DNA from: a virus
Virus record (IMG/VR): IMGVR_UViG_3300030329_005813
Span: 1-64,000 of that record
Length of the DNA: 64,000 nucleotides
Reading direction: 5' to 3' (one strand)
Each line of letters starts with the position of its first letter. Position 1 is the stretch's first letter. Below are positions 52,873-60,948 of this stretch, one piece after another. Below the pieces are notes generated by a model that saw nothing but the letters and a program-made list of their open reading frames with translations, made no database searches and had not been told where the DNA came from. The translations under genes and the position numbers were made by a program.

Positions 52873-54114
52873 CTAAAACTGCTCAGCTTCGGTTGATTCT
52901 GTTAATGCTAGCGTCGATGACTCACCGCCGGTAATCACTTCTTTAACAGCGTCAAAATAGCCTGTTCCGACCTCTCTCTGGTGTTTTGTAGCGGTATACC
53001 CAAGGCTTTCAGCCTCAAACTCACGCTGCTGGAGGTCAACATAGGCGGTCATCCCCTCATCGCGATAACCAGACGCCAGCTTGAACATACTGTGATTTAA
53101 AGCGTGAAACCCGGCCAAAGTTACAAACTGAAACTTATAGCCCATTTTTCCAAGTTCTTTCTGAAAGATCGCAATTGTTTCGTCATCTAGGTGCTTCTTC
53201 CAATTAAATGATGGAGAGCAGTTATAAGCCAGCAGCTTACCTGGATACTTTGCGTGAATTGCGTCGGCAAACTGCCTAGCTTCGTCCAAGTTTGGCTTCG
53301 AGGTTTCACACCAGATTAGGTCTGCATACGGGGCATACTGTAGGCCACGATTAATGGCCATCTCAATGCCGCCCGTAATCTTATAAAAACCTTCAGCTGT
53401 CCGGACATCATCAGTAATAAATTTGCGATCTTCTTCATCGATATCGGTCGTCAACAACTTAGCGCTGTTTGCGTCAGTTCGTGCAATTAAGACGGTTGGA
53501 ACACGCATAACGTCTGCTGCCAAGCGAGCAGCCTTAAGATTACGAATAAATTGTGATCCTGGAATTAGTACTTTGCCGCCTAAGTGACCACATTTCTTTT
53601 CTGAGCTTAGCTGGTCTTCAAAATGAACTCCCGCCGCTCCAGCTTCAATCATAGCTCTCATAAGCTCGTAAGCGTTAAGTGGGCCACCAAAGCCAGCTTC
53701 GGCGTCGGCAACGATTGGCACCATCCAGTCCTTTGAACTATTCCCTTCAACACTATCAATTTGGTCGGCCCTGTGCAAAGCCTGATTAATCCTTTTTACA
53801 ACGTGAGGCACACTATTCGCTGGATACAAGCTCTGATCTGGGTACATATGGCCAGATAGGTTGGCATCTGCTGCCACTTGCCAGCCGGACAAGTAGATTG
53901 CTTTAAGCCCAGCTTTAACTTGTTGAACTGCTTGATTACCAGTTAGAGCGCCAAGGGCGATGACGGGATCTGGCTCGTGAATAGCATCCCATAGCTTATT
54001 TGCGCCTTGGATTGCCAAAGAGTGATAAATATACACACTTCCGCGCAACCTAGATACATCTTGATTAGTCCAATCTCTTTTAATTCCCTTCCAACGAAAA
54101 GTCTTGTCGCTCAT
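52873..54114 (-). CDS. aceA: Isocitrate lyase
   Basis: [49 protein letters not shown]. Confidence 0.96.
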   Translation of the reverse strand: MSDKTFRWKGIKRDWTNQDVSRLRGSVYIYHSLAIQGANKLWDAIHEPDPVIALGALTGNQAVQQVKAGLKAIYLSGWQVAADANLSGHMYPDQSLYPANSVPHVVKRINQALHRADQIDSVEGNSSKDWMVPIVADAEAGFGGPLNAYELMRAMIEAGAAGVHFEDQLSSEKKCGHLGGKVLIPGSQFIRNLKAARLAADVMRVPTVLIARTDANSAKLLTTDIDEEDRKFITDDVRTAEGFYKITGGIEMAINRGLQYAPYADLIWCETSKPNLDEARQFADAIHAKYPGKLLAYNCSPSFNWKKHLDDETIAIFQKELGKMGYKFQFVTLAGFHALNHSMFKLASGYRDEGMTAYVDLQQREFEAESLGYTATKHQREVGTGYFDAVKEVITGGESSTLALTESTEAEQF

Positions 54115-54155
54115 ATTAATTTCCTCTTTATTAAAAAATAGGCTTAAAAGTAAAA

Positions 54156-54199
54156 CCCCTCAACATGATTAATATACCATGTTGAGGGGCCGTTGTCAA
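54156..54199 (-). promoter_or_regulatory. aceA promoter overlapping a terminator-like hairpin
   Basis: TTGACA-17-TATATT with the -10 in the loop of CCCCTCAACATG/CATGTTGAGGGG followed by TTTT. Confidence 0.65.
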
Positions 54200-54209
54200 G
54201 TTAAAAAAT

Positions 54210-54500
54210 TTAGCGACGTACTCTAATTCGATGTCCACTTCTAACCACCACAGTTGGTCGAGGCCGAACAACAACGGGTGGCCGGACAACAACCGGCGGT
54301 CGAATAACAACGGGTGGCCGGATAATAACCGAAGGACGAACGTATGTATACACGTTCGGCTGAGCCACCGGGATGTAACGAACCTGCGGGTGCGTATACA
54401 CTGTCACAACTGGCGGGCGCGTTACTTGCGCCACAACCGTTGGGTGCGCCTGTGCTTGGAGACACCCAAACAACATTAAAATGCTAGCAAAAATACTCAT
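54210..54500 (-). CDS. Secreted Pro/Val/Arg-repeat protein
   Basis: Signal peptide (..AQA); RPPVV repeats. Confidence 0.6.
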   Translation of the reverse strand: MSIFASILMLFGCLQAQAHPTVVAQVTRPPVVTVYTHPQVRYIPVAQPNVYTYVRPSVIIRPPVVIRPPVVVRPPVVVRPRPTVVVRSGHRIRVRR

Positions 54501-54542
54501 TTCTTATTCCTCCAATATTAATTAGACGCTCGGCATACAGTT

Positions 54543-55667
54543 TTATTCATCTTCGCCATCAATATCATAAAATTCTTTGGCGTCGACTTCTTTCTTCTCG
54601 AATTTAAGAATAACTTCCTGTTCCATAAGTTGCAAAATGCGATTACGAAACTTGTCATCTTGCAACTTACTAATCCAAGTGGCAGACTGAAACTTTTCTT
54701 CTGAGCCATCTTCATACTTAAGCGTAAACCATGCACCGGCATTTGTAATGTGCTTAGAACTCTTAATAGCCTCTAACCAAGATTCTTCATCTTGAATCTT
54801 CACATCATCGCCTGCCCATAAGATCTTAAATGTGCATTCTCGCGCATCAGAGCCAAACCTTGACTTCTTAATCTTAGCCTTAACCTCAGTGCCAACCCTA
54901 AAGCCCTTATCGTCGTAAATGAAGCTAGCTTTTCCTCGACGGGCGGTAAGCCAGATGCGAAGCGAATAAGCGTAGATTGCAGCCTTTCCACCAGGGGTAA
55001 AATAGGGCTCCAAACGGGCTTCTGCGATATTGCTTGTAATGTTGGTCTTAAGTTGGTTTAGGATAAGCAAGGTTGATTGTGAGTTGGCAATCGGCACAGT
55101 TAACTTAGAAAACCCTTTTGACAAAATACGAGGCTTAACCGCCATACTGGATAAAGGATTGAAATCACCATCGATATCCGAAATAGCAGGCGTCATAGCC
55201 AGCGAATCCCAGATAAAAAGCATTTGGTTTTCATTGCCGGCTAATAACTCCTCAATCGTTTCTAGAACAAACTCGACCGATTGAGCCTGGATATAAAGTA
55301 GATTTTCAATATCACAGCCCGCATTTGCCAAAAACTCTGGGTCTACAGCAGACTCAGAGTCAAAATATACCACATCAATCCCCATTTTCTGAGCATTGCC
55401 AGCAACCTGAGCCGCCATATATGACTTACCAGACGCTGAAAGACCAGCAATCTCGCTGATCTTACCCACTGGAATCCCAGCATACCTGCCTCGACAAATA
55501 ATAGAGTTTAACCAACGAGATCCGGTTGGGATCCACTGCTTAACTTCTGTAGGATTTGAATCCCCTAGGTCGTGTGCCACAGTTACGCCGGCCTTTTTAT
55601 TAACAATCTTTCGCATATCAGCGATAGAAAGTTTTCCAGCTTTAGGCTTTTTTGATGTACGTGGCAT
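54543..55667 (-). CDS. recA: RecA/UvsX recombinase
   Basis: IPTGS, EIAGLSASGKS, DSE, IWDS, LNQLK, TPGGKA. Confidence 0.9.
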   Translation of the reverse strand: MPRTSKKPKAGKLSIADMRKIVNKKAGVTVAHDLGDSNPTEVKQWIPTGSRWLNSIICRGRYAGIPVGKISEIAGLSASGKSYMAAQVAGNAQKMGIDVVYFDSESAVDPEFLANAGCDIENLLYIQAQSVEFVLETIEELLAGNENQMLFIWDSLAMTPAISDIDGDFNPLSSMAVKPRILSKGFSKLTVPIANSQSTLLILNQLKTNITSNIAEARLEPYFTPGGKAAIYAYSLRIWLTARRGKASFIYDDKGFRVGTEVKAKIKKSRFGSDARECTFKILWAGDDVKIQDEESWLEAIKSSKHITNAGAWFTLKYEDGSEEKFQSATWISKLQDDKFRNRILQLMEQEVILKFEKKEVDAKEFYDIDGEDE

Positions 55668-56135
55668 TTACTTCTCCAAAGTCAAAAGACCGTTCTCAGT
55701 CAGTACTTGTGCTTCCCAGCCACTAAAAGAAAAAGGATGATTTTTAAGATCTTGAACCTTGACATCAAAATCAAGTGTAAAAGTAGTAAAACCTCGCTTG
55801 TGATCGAAACGCTCTGTATGGTGCTCAAACCAATCATAGTCCCAGTGATTATCAGCAATCACCTCGGCCACAAAATCTGTAAAGGTACCATCTCCACGCT
55901 CATAATCATCAAGTAGCCCTTCATCACGCATCTCTTCTAAAATAGCATTGCCATTTAGATACAATGGGCCATCTGTAATTGCTTCTGCTAATGTGTGTGC
56001 GATTCCAGTTTCATGCATAGCGTGAAAAAGAAAGTCATCAGTATAATGATGCACATCACACCCATCTTCATAGCTTACGCGCACTTCTGCATTGTCATCA
56101 AGCCTTAAAGCTTGAAGCTTCTTATAAATACTCAT
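55668..56135 (-). CDS. Hypothetical acidic protein
   Basis: AGGAGG RBS before ATG 56135. Confidence 0.65.
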   Translation of the reverse strand: MSIYKKLQALRLDDNAEVRVSYEDGCDVHHYTDDFLFHAMHETGIAHTLAEAITDGPLYLNGNAILEEMRDEGLLDDYERGDGTFTDFVAEVIADNHWDYDWFEHHTERFDHKRGFTTFTLDFDVKVQDLKNHPFSFSGWEAQVLTENGLLTLEK

Positions 56136-56155
56136 TATCCCTCCTAAAAAAATAC

Positions 56156-56517
56156 GGGGCATCTGTAAACCCATGCCCCCCTGCGGTTGGGGGATTTTAA
56201 TTATTTGAGTTTTCTTCGATCTCGACCGCGTGATCATCTTCATTCTCGATAATCTTCTCGGCAGTAATCTCGGAAACTTCTGAGGGGTTCTCCTCATTGG
56301 TAATATCGGGAACCTCTTCATTATTCTCGATATTAGTAATATCGGCTGTCACGTCGCTATTTTCTTGATCAAAGCCAACGAAAAAAAACAAAGCCGCAAG
56401 CCCAATGCCAATAAATCCTAAAATGGCAATCTTGTTCTTGTTATTAATCTTTTCAGACATATTTTAATTTTCCTTTATATTGTGTGAAGGCATCTATAAC
56501 CCCATGCCTTCCTGCGG
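56156..56517 (-). repeat. Two copies of an intergenic hairpin motif with covarying stem (56156-56186; 56486-56517)
   Basis: CCGCAGG-GGGGCAT-GGGTTTACAG-ATGCCCC versus CCGCAG-GAAGGCAT-GGGGTTATAG-ATGCCTTC. Confidence 0.75.
56197..56460 (-). CDS. Membrane-anchored acidic protein
   Basis: N-terminal transmembrane segment, Glu/Asn-rich tail. Confidence 0.6.
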   Translation of the reverse strand: MSEKINNKNKIAILGFIGIGLAALFFFVGFDQENSDVTADITNIENNEEVPDITNEENPSEVSEITAEKIIENEDDHAVEIEENSNN

Positions 56518-56524
56518 GCCACAA

Positions 56525-56782
56525 CTAGTCTTGTGAGTCGGTGTCGGCGTCTGTATCAGCGTCGGTATCCGCGTCCGTATCGGCATCGGTATCCGCATCT
56601 GTATCAGCATCGGTATCCGAGTCCGTATCGGCATCGGTATCCGTATCCGCCTCTACCACGTCAGTGTCATCAGTAACCTCGTCACAAGCGGGATCGCAAG
56701 CAACGATGAAAACAGTGGCAAGAATCGCCCCCATTCCCACAAGCACACCAATAACCATATCACGACTAATAAAGTCAAACAT
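56525..56782 (-). CDS. Putative lipoprotein with DTDA tandem repeats
   Basis: Hydrophobic leader ending IVAC; (DTDA)n encoded by a 12-bp repeat at ~56539-56650. Confidence 0.65.
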   Translation of the reverse strand: MFDFISRDMVIGVLVGMGAILATVFIVACDPACDEVTDDTDVVEADTDTDADTDSDTDADTDADTDADTDADTDADTDADTDSQD

Positions 56783-56797
56783 ACTAACTTTCTCCTT

Positions 56798-57550
56798 TTA
56801 AGCGTTCATCAATTCGTTGAACGCGGCATCAACACTAGTGGTTGACCCATTCTTATCATACTTTACAACATCTTCTGAACCGTCGTCCTCACCGGCCAAC
56901 CATTCATCAAGCATCGTTTGGATCTCCTCTGGGGTCTTCCTGGGGAACAACCCGTCAAAATCCGGAATACTATTCAGAAGCTCGGCGCACTTTTCGGCAC
57001 CGCCGACAGCATCGTCACACAAAGGCGACGTTCGTCGTCGGGGAGTCAAAGTGGTTTGCGGAAACTGTGCTCCTGCCGGCTTACCATATTTGAGAACAAG
57101 GTCGGTACCCGTCTCGACATCAGTAATGTCGCCGTACTCGGGGTTGAGAACAAGATTCAACAACTCCTGATACGCCATCTTACCGAAGCCCCAGATTCGG
57201 ACGCCCTTCTCCTCCTCTCCGCGAACCAAAACAGGTGCAAAGAAGCGTTGACGGGCCATGAGATCCTTGGCCATTTTAATAGACTCTTCGGTCCCTTCAT
57301 TAAACAACTGACGAACAAAATCGTTCAGCGGGTCATCAATACCAAAGTTTCGCTTTGGACTGAGAAACCCGGGGTTCTTACCCAAGTTATAGTGGAACCA
57401 ATACTCCTTGAAGGGGTCTCCATCAGGAGTGGGAACAATACGAATCGTCTGCTCACCATCTTCGGGACGCCAAAAAGCAGAATCTTTCTTTTGTCCTCGG
57501 TTTTGAAGCGCTTCCAGCTTGGAGCGCATTTTATCTAGATCAATAGCCAT
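56798..57550 (-). CDS. Single-stranded DNA-binding protein (gp32-like)
   Basis: FWRP..GEQTIRIVP, WGFGK, YGDITD.ETGTDL, acidic tail ending VDAAFNELM. Confidence 0.8.
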   Translation of the reverse strand: MAIDLDKMRSKLEALQNRGQKKDSAFWRPEDGEQTIRIVPTPDGDPFKEYWFHYNLGKNPGFLSPKRNFGIDDPLNDFVRQLFNEGTEESIKMAKDLMARQRFFAPVLVRGEEEKGVRIWGFGKMAYQELLNLVLNPEYGDITDVETGTDLVLKYGKPAGAQFPQTTLTPRRRTSPLCDDAVGGAEKCAELLNSIPDFDGLFPRKTPEEIQTMLDEWLAGEDDGSEDVVKYDKNGSTTSVDAAFNELMNA

Positions 57551-57601
57551 TTTTATTTTTCCTTTTATTGTTAGAGTCAGAACAGCAAATATCCTGTTCT
57601 G

Positions 57602-58432
57602 CTAGCTTTGAATTTTTGAACTATAAGCTAAGACGTAGCCATAATCCATTTCGTAGTTGGTAGGAAATACTCCAAATGAAACATTTACTGTTTCGTCCTT
57701 CACTTTTCCTTTCATTTGCGAAACAATCTTCGTATGAAGGTCGCCGTCTTCTCGCAATCTTTCCTCATTTACCCCATAAATATAACTGATTTCTTCAGGG
57801 CTGTCAAGAGGAAAAAACAATTTTTCTTCATCTTTTTCGATATCATAGATTCCAAGTGTACAAATTTTACGAATCTTACTCGGAGGAGATAAAGATCCCA
57901 TAACAGGCTCAGCGTTGTTGAAGATGTTAACCATATGCATCGTATATACAATTAAATCATTCAATTTCTTGTAGTAGCCCATAATCGGTACAGTACCTAA
58001 GATACTCTCTACTAACGTATTTGACACCAAATAAATCTTGTTAATTGCTGCTGAACGAGCATATTGTTGTAATACGTTATAAGTTACTTTTTCGTGGAGT
58101 CGCTTGGGCTCACTTAATAGCTGTGTGTCTGGGTGGACGTACAGTACATTTATAGCGCACGAATCCTTGATTTCTTCCATTATGCGAAGACACATACCAG
58201 ATATGTCGCCAGAGCCACCAATGACGAAAATAGTCTCTCCCTCAATATCTTTAAAAAACTCTTTAAAAGAGGGAGCGTTCTTTTCATACTCCTCTGGTCC
58301 TCGCTGCTTTTCCACACCGTAGCAGGACGGACCCACGAGGCCAACATCAATCTTGAATATTTTATATTCTGGATATTCGCCGAATCTATCGGCAATAGCG
58401 CATCCAGCTTTTCCAAGTCCAATGACATTCAT
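57602..58432 (-). CDS. Divergent tubulin/FtsZ-family (PhuZ/TubZ-like) protein
   Basis: IGLGKAGCAIA N-terminal motif, GGSGDISG signature-loop variant, LVSN. Confidence 0.7.
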   Translation of the reverse strand: MNVIGLGKAGCAIADRFGEYPEYKIFKIDVGLVGPSCYGVEKQRGPEEYEKNAPSFKEFFKDIEGETIFVIGGSGDISGMCLRIMEEIKDSCAINVLYVHPDTQLLSEPKRLHEKVTYNVLQQYARSAAINKIYLVSNTLVESILGTVPIMGYYKKLNDLIVYTMHMVNIFNNAEPVMGSLSPPSKIRKICTLGIYDIEKDEEKLFFPLDSPEEISYIYGVNEERLREDGDLHTKIVSQMKGKVKDETVNVSFGVFPTNYEMDYGYVLAYSSKIQS

Positions 58433-59616
58433 AGATTTAACGCCCTTAAGTTTCCGAAATCTTTCCCAGCCTTCACGTTTACCATAAATTTGCCCAAGGC
58501 CGTGTTGGAAAAGATTTCAATCATCTCTGGTATAATATACCTCTCTTCATCTGGAATGTCAAGTACAATATTATCGTGAATCGTAAAAGCGATGAAAGAA
58601 CGTCGATCTTTTAAGAAATTATTTATTTTAATCACTTGCCTCAACACAAGGTCGGCAGTGGTGCTTTGGATGATATAGTTCAGGGCATGCTTGTCGTCGG
58701 CTTCAATTTCTCGACCAAACATTGTCTTGACAAGTCCATCGGCCCAATACATCCCTTTTACTTTATCGCGATCATATACGCGTGAAAGGGTAGGGTTAAT
58801 TTTGTTCTCATCATACAGCCACGAGAAGAGCCTTTGCTTAGCCTCTACACGCGTTGTGCCTTTAGGGAACACGTTACCCGCATTCCACTCGTGGATGTCT
58901 TCTAGGGGTGTTGTAGAGCCTCCTAGAGCCATCAGCGTTCGCAGTTCCGCTGCGTTGAAATCAAGCTCAACAAACCAGTCCTGAGTCGGTTTCACGATGG
59001 AACGAAAGTCTTTATCCATTGTCATAATGGGAAAAGAGTCTTTTTGGGTCGTTAACCGCCCAGTTTTCGTTCCAACAATATTATAGCGACAATATGGCTC
59101 AATTTGAGCGTACTTTTTCATTGCCTGACGGAATTTAGGCAAGTGTGCCCGTTCTACCAGGGAAGATGTGTCAATATTTAGCTTCTGATATCGAATACGA
59201 GTCAAAACTTTTGTTAAATCAACCAAAAAGTCGTAATTTTGCGGTTTTTCATAGTTTTCAAACACATATTGAGTGATTTTATTACGAATTTCACAATAAT
59301 CAATCAAAAATGACCTTGGAACAAGGTCAAAAAAACAATTCTCGTTCATATTGACCTTTGCCAACACAAACGAGCGATAAAATGCCTTTAATTTTGTCTC
59401 TACTACAATCCAATCGTCAATTAACGAGCTTGGACAAGCATCATTAAGGCTCCGATTTCCGCAGAGTATACTAGCGTACTCAACATCGTTTTTTTCAAGA
59501 TACTCCGCATACTTCCACGTTTTTGTAATGTCTTCTGGGATGGACCCGAAACACAGTTTTCCATTTTTATAAACTCCTACACATTCGCCTTTGTCATCAA
59601 GCGTTTGAAAATACAA
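58429..59616 (-). CDS. Short family-A DNA polymerase-like protein
   Basis: TKTGRL, motif A DFNAAELR, motif B RVEAKQRLFSWLY, LNYIIQSTTAD, motif C IHDN. Confidence 0.8.
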   Translation of the reverse strand: MYFQTLDDKGECVGVYKNGKLCFGSIPEDITKTWKYAEYLEKNDVEYASILCGNRSLNDACPSSLIDDWIVVETKLKAFYRSFVLAKVNMNENCFFDLVPRSFLIDYCEIRNKITQYVFENYEKPQNYDFLVDLTKVLTRIRYQKLNIDTSSLVERAHLPKFRQAMKKYAQIEPYCRYNIVGTKTGRLTTQKDSFPIMTMDKDFRSIVKPTQDWFVELDFNAAELRTLMALGGSTTPLEDIHEWNAGNVFPKGTTRVEAKQRLFSWLYDENKINPTLSRVYDRDKVKGMYWADGLVKTMFGREIEADDKHALNYIIQSTTADLVLRQVIKINNFLKDRRSFIAFTIHDNIVLDIPDEERYIIPEMIEIFSNTALGKFMVNVKAGKDFGNLRALNL

Positions 59617-59624
59617 TTTTCCCC

Positions 59625-60923
59625 CTAGAAAAAGATCTTTCTTGTTTTTTTGGCCTGACTAGTAATGTTTTCGTTTGTTTTATTCTCGCCCTCTGGCGAA
59701 ATCCTTTGTCTTGCTTTTTCGTTAGCGTATGCCAACGAGCCCTCATAAAATGTAACGCCCGAAAACTTCTTCTTAATGTAACTCATCGCGGCTCGCGTGT
59801 CAAGGGTTTTTATTATATCTTTTGCAACTTCTGTTATTTTAGTGAGTGCAGGGGCAGAATAGTCTAAACCAGTTTCAATATTTCTGGCTTTTATAAAATA
59901 TTCAACCCAGTAGGAATCATCATATGCATCATCAAACTGACTTCTAGACAGAAACGACCTAGCTTCTCTTGTCTTGGTGGTTCTGGCTGAAGAATGTGTA
60001 ACTGTTATATTAATGGGATTGTCTTTTACAAATTGGTTATAGAGTCTAAAAATGTATGTTTTAAATACTTCCAGTTCTTTCGCGGCTGTTTGTATAAAAA
60101 ATAGATTTGATATATCCAATGGACTGTTGACCGAAGGCTCATAGACTCTAGCGTAATTTATCATAACTTCCGAGTTTATATCCGCCATTAGGCGCCAAGG
60201 GATGTTTTTATCGATTACAAAACCGTGCTTAACTGCTAACTCAGTATAGCACGCAAAGTTGGGGCTGTCAATAAATTTCTTTTTTGCCTCGTCTTCGCTA
60301 TATGGAAGATTTAATATATCAATACCTAAGCCACTAATTAACGGATCGCAAAATCTACTCATAATAAATCCGCTTTTTGTGTACGGAAACCCGCCGGAAG
60401 ATTCAAATAAATAAAACATCTCTCTCATAAAATCGTCTAGATTTTGAATTTTGTGTTTGATATTGTTGATATTGATATGCGTTAAAAAAGAGTTATAGAA
60501 ACTTTTTTGCATTTCATTATACATTCTATCGATTGACACATAGCCCTTTACCGGGACCATCTCCGATAGGTATGGATCATCGGTGGCTAACTTACCTGCG
60601 CGGACATTTAATATATAATCGTTCTGGAATCTTTGGAATGCATCCGACACAAAGTTAAGGACGTTGACTGATCCGGCTTTAGTCGGGATCGGCTTTAAGT
60701 ATGGCAGATAAGGCTCGTGTGGCTCCAAAAAGTTATTTGCACTAACTCTTCCGTAGAATGTTATCTCATTCCACCAAAAGTCTTGAGTATTCGGAGGAAA
60801 TAAAGCTACATTTGGGTCAGTTTGTTCAACGGTTTGTACTCCATAGGCATGATTTCTATAATAGAGTCGTTTATTAAACATTTCTCGTGCTTTTAAATTG
60901 TTTTTTCCTTTAAAATCGGCCAT
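59625..60923 (-). CDS. Hypothetical protein
   Basis: 432-aa ORF. Confidence 0.7.
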   Translation of the reverse strand: MADFKGKNNLKAREMFNKRLYYRNHAYGVQTVEQTDPNVALFPPNTQDFWWNEITFYGRVSANNFLEPHEPYLPYLKPIPTKAGSVNVLNFVSDAFQRFQNDYILNVRAGKLATDDPYLSEMVPVKGYVSIDRMYNEMQKSFYNSFLTHININNIKHKIQNLDDFMREMFYLFESSGGFPYTKSGFIMSRFCDPLISGLGIDILNLPYSEDEAKKKFIDSPNFACYTELAVKHGFVIDKNIPWRLMADINSEVMINYARVYEPSVNSPLDISNLFFIQTAAKELEVFKTYIFRLYNQFVKDNPINITVTHSSARTTKTREARSFLSRSQFDDAYDDSYWVEYFIKARNIETGLDYSAPALTKITEVAKDIIKTLDTRAAMSYIKKKFSGVTFYEGSLAYANEKARQRISPEGENKTNENITSQAKKTRKIFF

Positions 60924-60948
60924 ACAATTATAATCTCCCTACCCTATA

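Noticed and set aside
27054-54114. Cellular chromosome origin for the housekeeping-like genes
   Set aside because: They are interleaved with an endolysin, gp32-like SSB, homing endonucleases and tiny phage ORFs on one strand; no ribosomal protein or rRNA genes are present
57602-58432. Evidence for a nucleus-forming (chimallin) phage
   Set aside because: A tubulin alone is insufficient; no chimallin or phage multisubunit RNAP is recognisable here, and early promoters are host sigma70-type
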